64,000 nucleotides of DNA from IMG/VR virus record IMGVR_UViG_3300030107_006644, positions 141,518 to 205,517 of that record; one strand, given 5' to 3'. A program made the position numbers and the translations under genes. Below the pieces are notes generated by a model, which saw nothing but the letters and a program-made list of their open reading frames with translations, ran no database searches and was not told the origin of the DNA. Every line of letters begins with the position of its first letter. The first letter of the stretch is position 1. Shown here one piece after another: positions 1 to 9,393 of the stretch.

Positions 1-1332
1 AACACGGCCGGAGACGGAACAACAACGGCTACAGTGTTGTCTCGCGCAATACTTACGCAGGCGCAAGCGTTCTTAACTGCCGGCTCATCGCCTATCGAAC
101 TTAAACGTGGCATAGATAAAGCTGTCGAAGTTATAAGCGATAGACTGTATAAACAGGCAAAGCCAATTTCCAGTCAAGAAGACATTGCACACGTTGCCAC
201 CATATCCGCTAACGGCGATAAGGTTATAGGACAACTGATAGCTACGGCAGTGGATGCGATTGGTAAGGATGGGGCAATCACAGTAGAGGAAGCTCGTTCC
301 TTGACTACGGCACTCGATATTGTGGAGGGCTTTCAACTAGGCAGTGGATTTGTATCCTCGTCTTTTATTACGGACGAGCGCCGTGGGGCTGTTCGGTACG
401 AAAACAGCTACGTGCTGGTTACGGATGGCACAATCGACACGGTGGATGAGTTGCTTCCTGTGCTTGAGGTCGTGGCTCGCGAGAACAGGCCGCTAGTCGT
501 TGTCTCCGAGAACATCGAGGGGCAAGCATTGGCCGCTCTGATAATGAATTCAGTACGAGGCACGTTGAAGGTAGCAGCTATCAAGGCGCCTAGATATGGC
601 GAAGAGCGCCGCAACATACTTAAGGATCTGTGTTATGCTGTGGGAGCAAAGTTCGTCTCACGCGAATCTGGAGTCGGACTCCGCGAAGTAAAGTTGGAGC
701 ATCTGGGCACATGCAAAAGTATTGAAGTCTTAAAAACCAACACCACAATTGTTGGCGGCGGCGGAAACTACGAAGCTTTAGAAAAGAGGATCGAATCACT
801 CAGGGTAGAGCTTTCGCAGACGGAGAACTTGCATGAGTGCGAGAGGTTACAAGAGAGAATTACACGTCTATCTTCTGGCGTTGCCATAATAAGGGTTGGC
901 GCGCCAACTGAAATTGAAATGGTAGAAAAGAAGCACAGAATTGAGGATGCATTAGAGGCTGTCCGCTCCGCTCAAGAGGAAGGCATCGTTCCCGGCGGAG
1001 GCACTGCGCTAATTAGAGCGGTGACCAACTTAGAGGTACAGACCGAAAACGAGACTCAAGCTCAAGGTGTTGAGATTGTTCGTCGCGCCTGTTCAGATCC
1101 TCTACGTCAGATGGCTATTAACGCTGGAGAATCTCCCGACATTGTGCAGGAGAAGGTTGAGGCTCTAGAGGATTCCGTCAGCGGATATGATTTTGCCGCT
1201 GGAGAAATCAAAGATTTGATCGAGGTGGGAATTATCGACCCAGTAAAGGTCACGCGAACCGCACTTGAGAACGCAGCCTCGGTAGCTAGTACCTTAATTA
1301 CGACAAATCATGCAATAATACAAGTTGATTAG
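1..1332 (+). CDS. groEL: Group I chaperonin GroEL/Cpn60-like, 5' truncated by the window edge
   Basis: Frame open from base 1 (NTAGDGTTTATV); AIIRVGAPTEIEMVEKKHRIEDAL, EEGIVPGGG, GIIDPVKVTRTALENAAS; no C-terminal GGM tail. Confidence 0.96.
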   Translation, partial: NTAGDGTTTATVLSRAILTQAQAFLTAGSSPIELKRGIDKAVEVISDRLYKQAKPISSQEDIAHVATISANGDKVIGQLIATAVDAIGKDGAITVEEARSLTTALDIVEGFQLGSGFVSSSFITDERRGAVRYENSYVLVTDGTIDTVDELLPVLEVVARENRPLVVVSENIEGQALAALIMNSVRGTLKVAAIKAPRYGEERRNILKDLCYAVGAKFVSRESGVGLREVKLEHLGTCKSIEVLKTNTTIVGGGGNYEALEKRIESLRVELSQTENLHECERLQERITRLSSGVAIIRVGAPTEIEMVEKKHRIEDALEAVRSAQEEGIVPGGGTALIRAVTNLEVQTENETQAQGVEIVRRACSDPLRQMAINAGESPDIVQEKVEALEDSVSGYDFAAGEIKDLIEVGIIDPVKVTRTALENAASVASTLITTNHAIIQVD

Positions 1333-1343
1333 TTCTTTCTAAA

Positions 1344-1355
1344 ACTATATATTAC
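1344..1355 (+). promoter_or_regulatory. CTAT(A/T)TAT late-promoter-like motif abutting ATG
   Basis: actatatattac directly before ATG 1356; same motif family precedes other structural-type genes. Confidence 0.4.
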
Positions 1356-1631
1356 ATGGATGAAACCACACAAACGCTCATGGAGCTTAACAGCAAGCTT
1401 GATCGCATGTTGTCTAGCGTTGAGATGCTGGCCGAAAACCAGAATCGCATGAGTGAGGATATATCTAAGATTAAGGAGGCGGTATACAACCCAGACGAAG
1501 GATTATATGCACGACTGCGTGCATTAGAGCAGTGGAAGGCTGGCCAAGCAAAGGTACAGTGGGTCATTATTTCGGCAATTATAGCGATGGTGGCTAAACA
1601 ATTCTGGGACATTGTAGTATTATCACCATGA
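1356..1631 (+). CDS. Small coiled-coil protein with C-terminal transmembrane helix
   Basis: 91 aa; hydrophobic VQWVIISAIIAMVA. Confidence 0.7.
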   Translation: MDETTQTLMELNSKLDRMLSSVEMLAENQNRMSEDISKIKEAVYNPDEGLYARLRALEQWKAGQAKVQWVIISAIIAMVAKQFWDIVVLSP

Positions 1632-1637
1632 AAGAGA

Positions 1638-2255
1638 ATGATTACGCCGACTCCCAATGCAGACTCGAAAATGATAGAGGAGCTTCTATCGGAGTACGAT
1701 CTTGGTGCGTCAACTCGTAGATATCTTTTTTCATTGAGAAATTGGCTTTCAAGCAGGCCGCTAACATATAGGCAGCGAGGAGCACTCCATAGAATTAGAG
1801 AGAGGGCTAGAAATAGGATGGAGCCGACTCAACAATGGATAGCAATGTGGAGCGATGAAAAGAGAGAAGCAGCATCAATATGTGCCAAATACTACATCGA
1901 AAACCCGCCCTATTTTGATTGGCTAAGTCATAATATTCTAAACAATCCAGATTTTATACCAACACAGGAAGAGTACGAAAAACTTACCACCAACAAATAC
2001 GCCATAAAAGTTCTGAACGCTTATCATTCGGATGCGAAATACAAACTTGGAGATTTGATGACTTATCGCTTGGGCGCGCCTGCAGAAGTTAAAGCTTTGT
2101 TCGAGGGCCGCCTTGCTATTATCATAAAAACAAACTTATTACCAATTACTAGCGCAGCTATAGGCGCTAAAAACTACATGGTCTTATCACTAGGCAACGA
2201 CACTCCGTTTGTTGTCGAAGAAAGATTTATTAAAAAATACAAACAAAAGGCTTGA
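1638..2255 (+). CDS. Hypothetical protein with C-terminal SH3/KOW-like domain; paralog of 26255..27058
   Basis: Shared blocks KYY..YF..L..KIL.NPDF(I/V)P...Y..(L/I)T.NKYA.KVL and (I/V)VEER.IK. Confidence 0.8.
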   Translation: MITPTPNADSKMIEELLSEYDLGASTRRYLFSLRNWLSSRPLTYRQRGALHRIRERARNRMEPTQQWIAMWSDEKREAASICAKYYIENPPYFDWLSHNILNNPDFIPTQEEYEKLTTNKYAIKVLNAYHSDAKYKLGDLMTYRLGAPAEVKALFEGRLAIIIKTNLLPITSAAIGAKNYMVLSLGNDTPFVVEERFIKKYKQKA

Positions 2256-2302
2256 CTAAGCCGTCAATATACGTTATATTAGTTAAAGAAAAGGAGAAAA
2301 CT

Positions 2303-2701
2303 ATGCGTGTTAATGTATGCTATTCGGCAGAATTGGAGGAGCTTCCTTCTATTGTGCTTAACTTAAGTTCCGAGGTTGCCAACAATCTCAGAGCGATTGC
2401 AGATAGTCTGGATAACGGAGTGTCTGAGACCTTGGCAGGAGGTCAATCAAAGAATCCTGAAGATCTGGTAAGGGTCGATTACGCTCTGCGTGTTGCCCGT
2501 GCCGCATTTGTGAATCTGGATACGAGGATTCAAGATATTCAGCTGATTAATAGCGGTGCTGCTGATGTGTTTGCTAACCCTGAACAATATGAAGCAGAGA
2601 TTGCTCGCCGACAAGCAGAGGCTGCAGCCGCACAAGCTCAAGCAGAACGAGAGCCCGAGGAGCCTGTCGTGGTGGAAGTTGAGGAATCCGAGGAAGCCTA
2701 A
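2303..2701 (+). CDS. Hypothetical protein
   Basis: AAGGAG SD before ATG 2303 (track starts at TTG 2252); acidic C-terminus. Confidence 0.7.
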   Translation: MRVNVCYSAELEELPSIVLNLSSEVANNLRAIADSLDNGVSETLAGGQSKNPEDLVRVDYALRVARAAFVNLDTRIQDIQLINSGAADVFANPEQYEAEIARRQAEAAAAQAQAEREPEEPVVVEVEESEEA

Positions 2702-2714
2702 GTTGGTTTCGGAT

Positions 2715-2966
2715 TTGGCGATCCGGACAGGAGACATGGTTTACCTTCCGTCCGAGGTCCGTTTGCTGCAATATAACGACAATGGACTTGTCGTGAAACA
2801 CTGTAAAACAGAGAAGCCGCAGAATGTTCTGGTCACTGGCAATCAGCAAGATCATTCTTTTCTTCTTAAAAAGATGTACAGGGTGTTTTTTAAAGGAGAG
2901 CAGTGGTTTGCTAAAACGGAAGATCTTTATCCAGTATATAACAAAGTGGAGAAACACAAGTGGTAA
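2715..2966 (+). CDS. Hypothetical SH3-like protein (start uncertain, 2715 or 2736)
   Basis: TGDMVYL...VLV...YRVFF...WFAKTEDLY pattern. Confidence 0.6.
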   Translation: MAIRTGDMVYLPSEVRLLQYNDNGLVVKHCKTEKPQNVLVTGNQQDHSFLLKKMYRVFFKGEQWFAKTEDLYPVYNKVEKHKW

Positions 2967-3262
2967 AGCTAATAGAAGTCTGTAAGCCCAACAACTATAC
3001 AACGTTGGGCGACAAAACAAAATACACCTTGAAAGAGGTGTTTATCAATCCTCAACACGTTGTCTGTTTGCGCGAAGATAATCTAGCGCGCAGACATTTG
3101 GTTGAGGGTCGAATGCCTCCGGGCTTGGATGAGAGACAGGAGTTTACAAAGGTTCATATTAATCGAGGTCAATCTGGTATTGATATAACCGTAGTTGGCA
3201 ACCCTGTCATGATCGAACAACAACTCAATCTTGAAAAGCAGCAAGTTTTGCTGAAAGGATAA
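2960..3262 (+). CDS. Hypothetical protein
   Basis: 100 aa ORF overlapping the upstream stop, in operon. Confidence 0.75.
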   Translation: MVKLIEVCKPNNYTTLGDKTKYTLKEVFINPQHVVCLREDNLARRHLVEGRMPPGLDERQEFTKVHINRGQSGIDITVVGNPVMIEQQLNLEKQQVLLKG

Positions 3263-3264
3263 AA

Positions 3265-3561
3265 ATGAAATACTTTATTGTGCACGGCAGAACATCGTGC
3301 CCGTTTTGTGTTAAGGCTGTAGGTCTGTTAGAAAGCAAAAACGTGGCATATGTATTTTCGCCCGTAGATGGCGAGGTCTTGACAGAGACTAAGCAAAGGT
3401 GGGGTCACCCGACTGTGCCTATCGTGGTAGAGCGCGATCTACATGAGTGTGAATACGAATTGCTAATTGGCGGATATACCGAACTTAGTGAATATTTGAC
3501 GGAATACGTTGAAGACGAGCAGGAAGGAGGCGGCTGTGTTTTGGACAGCAATAGCGATTAA
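3265..3561 (+). CDS. grx: Glutaredoxin
   Basis: CPFC active site, HPTVPIV, LIGGYTEL. Confidence 0.9.
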   Translation: MKYFIVHGRTSCPFCVKAVGLLESKNVAYVFSPVDGEVLTETKQRWGHPTVPIVVERDLHECEYELLIGGYTELSEYLTEYVEDEQEGGGCVLDSNSD

Positions 3562-3736
3562 CCCAGCCCTTGAAAAGGCCGAGCATCATGTGTTTGATAG
3601 CCTGTCGCATGACAACAGTAAAGCATACGCAGACATTCAAAAGCTTCTGCCAAATCGAGTCATTATTGCCTTGGTGAAAGGCAACCACAGTTCGTCCACT
3701 TACGTGCCGGATAAGACCGTCCAAGTGATCTGGTAG
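3536..3736 (+). CDS. Hypothetical protein
   Basis: AGGAGG SD then GTG 3536; fills the operon gap. Confidence 0.55.
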   Translation: MFWTAIAINPALEKAEHHVFDSLSHDNSKAYADIQKLLPNRVIIALVKGNHSSSTYVPDKTVQVIW

Positions 3737-3740
3737 CAGC

Positions 3741-4085
3741 ATGCCAAATATTCTTTTGGGTTGCCTGCTGTTTGTCATAGGGCAAACACTGGTCTGGTTT
3801 CAGTTAAACTCTCAGTTTGTATGGGATTGGTGGAAAGACAAGCCAATACCGGCCATTGTTCTCTTCTCTGTACCGGCCAGCTTTTGCTTTTGGTATGGAG
3901 TGAGAATGGTGGTCGGAGAAATGAACGAACTATGGGGACCGAGATTGCTTATTTTTGGCATGTCTTACTTGACGTTTCCCTTGTTAACATGGCATTTTAT
4001 GGGGGAGAGTATGTTCGCGCCAAAGACGCTAATTTGTGTCCTCTTATCTTTTACAATAGTAGGAGTACAACTTTTTTGGAAATGA
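3741..4085 (+). CDS. Small 4-TM membrane protein (SMR/EamA-like size)
   Basis: 114 aa with four hydrophobic segments. Confidence 0.7.
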   Translation: MPNILLGCLLFVIGQTLVWFQLNSQFVWDWWKDKPIPAIVLFSVPASFCFWYGVRMVVGEMNELWGPRLLIFGMSYLTFPLLTWHFMGESMFAPKTLICVLLSFTIVGVQLFWK

Positions 4086-4129
4086 GGGAGCCACTGGCTC
4101 CTTTTTTGTTGGTATTAGGGCTTTAAATA

Positions 4130-4138
4130 ACTATTTAC
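4130..4138 (+). promoter_or_regulatory. CTATTTA late-promoter-like motif
   Basis: actatttac upstream of the 1746-aa gene. Confidence 0.5.
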
Positions 4139-4152
4139 ATAGTAGCCGCAAC

Positions 4153-7100
4153 GTGGAGCTTTATATGAAGAAGATTTACGAGGGCTGGCGACGTTATGTT
4201 AAGAGAGTTCAACTCGATGAGTCTCGCAAAGTTAAACGTTCGCAGCTCCAAGAAAATTTAGAAACACTGAACGAGATTTCTCGCGAAGTCTCAGACAGAA
4301 TATACAAATGGATGCGCGATGCATCGGTCATGGACTATTCGTTTGATGAATTGTTTGACGGTAAGATGCGCATGGCTATGCCGTTCGACTCTGAAGATGC
4401 GTTGAACCTTAAGAAGGTCGTCCGCGCACTCAAGAAAGACGGTTGGCAAGCCGGCGAAATGGTTCCGTGGGAAGGGGGCATGCACAGCGCCAACAAGTTC
4501 CCCACGCGCACGGTCAAACAGAAGAGACAAAGACTTGCAGACGAGGGCGGCGGCTTTTACGAAGAAGAGATCGAGGTCGCGGATCTGGGCCTTGCCAAGA
4601 GTTATGAAAAGGAAATACCCGCAGGCCCTCGCAAGGGAGAGATCATCCAGCGTACAGACAAGCTAGGAATGGGCAAAGCAATCGCCAAACTTGTTAAGGA
4701 GAAAAAGCTAGATAAAGAGTTGCTGGATTGGTGGCTTAAGAAACAAACTTATTATACAAAAGACAGGAACTGGACAGAGATCGAGGCATTGTTCGCCAAC
4801 ACTGAAGTGGATTATACTGTCATTATCTCGCGCCATCCAGTCGATGTACTCCGTATGAGTGATATTGGCAGCATCAGATCGTGCCACAGCGAGGGGCATA
4901 GTCACTTCCAATGCGCTGTGGCAGAAGCTAGGGGTCATGGACCCATCGCGTACCTTGTTCCGACGACAGAGTATGATAAACTCATGGCCGGCTTGTATGA
5001 GGAATATGATACTGCTGATGATCCTGAGTCGGCATACGATGTGAATCGATCCACCAGCAAATTACTTAAAGCACACGCAGTGTTCAAAGCAGAAGAATAT
5101 ATCAAAAATCACATTACGACCATACACTCTCGCTGGTCATCGATATACAAAATAATTGACAATATCAAAACTAGCAAGGACGAGGATATGCTTGAATTCG
5201 CAATCCAAGCAGTCTTCGATGCCGACCCTGTGTATGGAGAACTAGACCCTACCGTTCGCGGCTTGCTAACTGATCAAGCTGTGATGGACGCTGTGGTTGC
5301 CAAAGCCGAGGGCAAGGAATGGTCGCTCCGTCCAGACGACACGCAGGAAGACGAACCTGACGAACCTGAAGAAATCGGAGACATATCCAAGTTTGATGAT
5401 AAGGAAATCTTCAGAGACGGGCAGCGCGGAGTTAAAGGTATCGTTGCAAAGGGTCGCGTCAGGTTTAGAAAATTTGAAGATAGCGACTCGGATATGCAAT
5501 TTATTGCCCCAGAGCACAGAACATATGGTGCAGTTCCTCCCGGCTTTGTCAAGTCGATGGTCAAGTGGGCCGCAGAGAGCCAAGAGCAGACGTTTAGAGA
5601 CAACGGTTTTCTAGGCCGCCACCCAGAGCAGAGAGGCTTGCACGCCCCCAACTGGTACAGCCTGACTAGATATGGAGGATCGTATGAGGACACAGAAGAT
5701 GGGGATGTGCTGACGGCACTCTTTCAGCACTATGACTCGGAATTTAGTTCTTATAAGCTGGGTTGGAATGTCGATCATCACACCGAAGATGAGCAGGACA
5801 GCCTCGCCGAACAATATGAGCAGAGAGTCGACGATCTTAATGATTACGCGGCCAACAATTTGGGGCACTGCAGCACCCACGCCGAGGTTAATGATGACGG
5901 TGAAGAGCCCTATGTCTATGCCAGCGGAGACTTGTCAATCGAATTAAACCTTCTAGGCTGGGGCGGCTTGATGGAAGACTATGTTGGCACAAACTACTAT
6001 CAATCAAGAGGCGCCGATGAGGACGGCGACCCATATATTATTCCAAAGAGTTGGGGCGGTGATTATCAAAAGAGAAGACAATTTGAAAGAGCAATCGAAG
6101 ACAAGCTGGACATCTACTCGGAAGAGACGGATTGGGAGGTTAATGTTCAAAAAGGTGGAGCAATAGGTGAAAAGGGCCCAACAACAGTTTTAGAAGTGCG
6201 ATTTAGATTTAGCATGGAAGATGGTCACACTCCTGATGACTACGAGAACTTTATTGATTATCTTAAGTCCGATGTCGATGACAAATATGAGAACATTCGC
6301 GAAGGAATAAGGTTAGCACTGGTTGAAGAAGGGTACATGCTCAGAAACTACTTCGACAAGCTTAATTATGCAGCGACAGAAGATGACGAGGGAGAAGAGA
6401 TCGAGCCCGGCCCTACTCCAGCGGAGGAATTTGCTGGAAGTCTTCAGCACTTCGAATTCTATCCTCCATCGGATGATGGCGATGGCGAAATGTTGTTCGT
6501 GTCTCGCGGGCCCGGAAAGGTTAATTATATTACAACACCCACAATGATGCCCGCCTCGCTCCGAAAGCATGACAGAGCAACAGGCTGGACGGTGGCTGAT
6601 CTTGAGACAGCGTTTGGTGGCGAACGGTTCTCACTTGGATTCGGCACACCGCCGTCAGTCAAACACACAGGCCTTGGCATGCATAAGATAGCCATGGCCC
6701 TTAGCGACATACAAGAGGAAGCGGAAGCATATGCCGGCAGGCAATTGTCGCTTGACTTTGGGGAGAGATACGAGGCACCACCCGATCAGGATGTACTTCC
6801 AGACTTTGCAAAGAATGTGGAGTTCATAACCGTTCTTGCTACACCAACTGCTTCACAACAAGCGGGACTACCAGAGACAGGCGATAAGGACTCTAGACAT
6901 TTAGGTTTTGGGATCAGGGTTAAGATTCTTTCTGTTGATTCTGAACGCGAAATTAAAGGTGCAATTGCGTTTATGGAATATGTCGATAAGGAAATTAGGA
7001 CAATTGCCAGAGCATTTCAAAGTCTATGGGAACCCGCAATTGAAGAGGCTGAAGAAACAAAAAAGAAGGCGCAAGCCGCAGCAGTTAGCAAAGGCACGAT

Positions 7101-9393
7101 GGAGCAGCTTACAAACGCTCTCGACACTAAGGTGAGGAACATGCTCAACACCCCTAGGCCCGGTAATCCTGATTATCAGCCACCTCTTGTTGCTGTATTA
7201 AAGGCTTATATTGAGTGGGCCCACGCAGCATGGCCAGAAATGCACTTGCTTGAACGCAGAGTGCTTATAAATCAGTATTTGAGGCCGCTACAGCAGGGAA
7301 GTCTCGGCACATCAGCGGGTAATTTTGAGCCGAACAGCACTGGAAGCAGTCACTCTCCACTGCACTGGAAGCGAGCGGTTCAGCAAGCCCATCGCGAAGC
7401 CGGAGCCCCAGAAGCCGTGTGGGGCAGATATGATTGGTATGGTGATGCTGATTTTAGGGATATTATAGCGAAGCACCAAGCCGAGGCCGGCATTGACAGA
7501 GATGCAGAACTTGATGCAGATATTGAGCAGGCAGAGCGTGTGCAACAACAGCTATCACCTGAAGCTGACGCAGAACAGGAAGAGCCCATCGGCCTCGCAC
7601 GCTTAGGTACCGCACTCGACCGAGGTGGTGGAGGGCCGATTGTCAGGAGACACGGATCCGCCAATCCCCCCGAGCCCGAGGATTTGAGAGAGGCCATTCG
7701 GAAAGCGATAAGCGGAACTATTTACGGTAAAGGAGAAATCAAAGTGTCAAACAAAGACAAACTTAGAGAAGCAATTCGAGGAGCAATAAAACAAAAGCTA
7801 GACGAGAATTGGCTGCAGCGCGGGATGGCGTATGCAACTGGTCAAGGCGAAGAGTATGATCGCGATCAGACAGTCGCAAGAGAAAGCGAAGAAGCAAGAG
7901 AGCAAGGACTGCGTGGTCGGCCAGATCCAGATTATGAGCCACCTCCATATCTAGACAGAACATCGCAGTCAGGTCGACGCCCGAACGATATTTATGCCGG
8001 CTCCATTGCTGAACCAGATTACTTACCTGCAGAGTACGCCGGTTGGGAGCAGGGCGATGCAACCCCTTTCGAGCAAGATGTTCAAAATTGGTACCAGCTA
8101 GGCGGCCCGCTTGAAGTTGACGAATTTGGGTATCCAAGTGAAGACTACGAAGCTGGTACGAACTTCATGGCGGGCAGCGATCCTATGAGTGAATACTTTG
8201 TTGATCCTGTGGACAATCCTTACCTATACGATGCGATGACCGGCTGGTATGAAGGTGGCCTAGGCGACACTTGGACAGACCAGTTTGGAATGCAACGCGA
8301 TTGGGCACCCGAATTGCTTTATGGAGATCCGCGAAGGCATTTAGAGACCACACAACCGCCCGAAACGTGGCTTGATCCACTGGGCTCTATGGAAATACCT
8401 TGGCGAGGACGAGCCCCCGCTGAAGGCGAGTCGCACGACATTACACAAAACATACTCGATCAATACTTCGGTACGCACAACGACTTTGCCGGCCGTGTAC
8501 ACCCAGTGCACGGCGGCCGAAGCACTCATTTAGCTATCGATGCCGGCGGCAGAGTGGGCGATCCACTTTATGCTAGTTTGCCGGGCTACGCACACTTGCA
8601 ACGGCGCTATGGTGGGGGCGGTAACACTGTTGGCATGGTGTCCCTAGTCCCAGATCCTAATGATCCGACGCAACCCTACTACGTTGATCAGCGATACATG
8701 CACATGAGGTCTCACCCCGGCGGCTATACGACAAGAGGCCAACGAGTTGAGCCCGGTCAGTTAGTGGGTGAGCTTGGAGGCACCGGCACATCGACCACTG
8801 GACCTCATCTACATTGGAGCATGCAAGGTGGCGATCTTGGGACTGAATTGGGGGGCGGCGGAGTGAGGGTCGGGTTCGATCAGCCGGGAACCAGTCGAGC
8901 CCAGACAGACGCCTATTTCAATCCGCGAGTGGAGAGAGTTGCGCCTGTAAATCCGGGCCAACTGGCGACTCACTGGAAGTTCCCCGACAACAGCTATACC
9001 GTTCCAGATACATATCGGACTCCTTACATAAACCCTACGTTACTTAGCCCTGATATATGGAACTACTCCTATTACAACCCGCCCCCGATGCAGGGCCCTG
9101 CCCCGTACATACCGATAGGCCCCGGCGATCCGGGATGGTATCCAGAGCCGGGAGAAGAAGGCTACGGAGTACTGCGAGAAAATGCCCAGACCTCTGACTT
9201 AAAAGACGCAATTCGAGAAGCTATCAAATTAAAGGTTTCCACGAGTGAAGAGGCTCACCATGGTGGGTGCGATGCCTGCGAAACTTGCGGCGAGATGCAT
9301 GGTCCCGAAGAGCCTTGCGAATTGCCAACCTTAGAAGAGGCGATTAGGCAGGCGATACTTCGCAAAATAGGCAAGAAGGTTAAAGATAGATGA
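4153..9393 (+). CDS. Large probable virion/internal-head protein with C-terminal M23 (LytM) peptidase domain; likely start ATG 4165
   Basis: RYMHM...GQRVEPGQLVGELGGTGTSTTGPHLHWSM is the M23 signature; repeated (L)REAIR.AI helices; acidic. Confidence 0.8.
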   Translation: MELYMKKIYEGWRRYVKRVQLDESRKVKRSQLQENLETLNEISREVSDRIYKWMRDASVMDYSFDELFDGKMRMAMPFDSEDALNLKKVVRALKKDGWQAGEMVPWEGGMHSANKFPTRTVKQKRQRLADEGGGFYEEEIEVADLGLAKSYEKEIPAGPRKGEIIQRTDKLGMGKAIAKLVKEKKLDKELLDWWLKKQTYYTKDRNWTEIEALFANTEVDYTVIISRHPVDVLRMSDIGSIRSCHSEGHSHFQCAVAEARGHGPIAYLVPTTEYDKLMAGLYEEYDTADDPESAYDVNRSTSKLLKAHAVFKAEEYIKNHITTIHSRWSSIYKIIDNIKTSKDEDMLEFAIQAVFDADPVYGELDPTVRGLLTDQAVMDAVVAKAEGKEWSLRPDDTQEDEPDEPEEIGDISKFDDKEIFRDGQRGVKGIVAKGRVRFRKFEDSDSDMQFIAPEHRTYGAVPPGFVKSMVKWAAESQEQTFRDNGFLGRHPEQRGLHAPNWYSLTRYGGSYEDTEDGDVLTALFQHYDSEFSSYKLGWNVDHHTEDEQDSLAEQYEQRVDDLNDYAANNLGHCSTHAEVNDDGEEPYVYASGDLSIELNLLGWGGLMEDYVGTNYYQSRGADEDGDPYIIPKSWGGDYQKRRQFERAIEDKLDIYSEETDWEVNVQKGGAIGEKGPTTVLEVRFRFSMEDGHTPDDYENFIDYLKSDVDDKYENIREGIRLALVEEGYMLRNYFDKLNYAATEDDEGEEIEPGPTPAEEFAGSLQHFEFYPPSDDGDGEMLFVSRGPGKVNYITTPTMMPASLRKHDRATGWTVADLETAFGGERFSLGFGTPPSVKHTGLGMHKIAMALSDIQEEAEAYAGRQLSLDFGERYEAPPDQDVLPDFAKNVEFITVLATPTASQQAGLPETGDKDSRHLGFGIRVKILSVDSEREIKGAIAFMEYVDKEIRTIARAFQSLWEPAIEEAEETKKKAQAAAVSKGTMEQLTNALDTKVRNMLNTPRPGNPDYQPPLVAVLKAYIEWAHAAWPEMHLLERRVLINQYLRPLQQGSLGTSAGNFEPNSTGSSHSPLHWKRAVQQAHREAGAPEAVWGRYDWYGDADFRDIIAKHQAEAGIDRDAELDADIEQAERVQQQLSPEADAEQEEPIGLARLGTALDRGGGGPIVRRHGSANPPEPEDLREAIRKAISGTIYGKGEIKVSNKDKLREAIRGAIKQKLDENWLQRGMAYATGQGEEYDRDQTVARESEEAREQGLRGRPDPDYEPPPYLDRTSQSGRRPNDIYAGSIAEPDYLPAEYAGWEQGDATPFEQDVQNWYQLGGPLEVDEFGYPSEDYEAGTNFMAGSDPMSEYFVDPVDNPYLYDAMTGWYEGGLGDTWTDQFGMQRDWAPELLYGDPRRHLETTQPPETWLDPLGSMEIPWRGRAPAEGESHDITQNILDQYFGTHNDFAGRVHPVHGGRSTHLAIDAGGRVGDPLYASLPGYAHLQRRYGGGGNTVGMVSLVPDPNDPTQPYYVDQRYMHMRSHPGGYTTRGQRVEPGQLVGELGGTGTSTTGPHLHWSMQGGDLGTELGGGGVRVGFDQPGTSRAQTDAYFNPRVERVAPVNPGQLATHWKFPDNSYTVPDTYRTPYINPTLLSPDIWNYSYYNPPPMQGPAPYIPIGPGDPGWYPEPGEEGYGVLRENAQTSDLKDAIREAIKLKVSTSEEAHHGGCDACETCGEMHGPEEPCELPTLEEAIRQAILRKIGKKVKDR

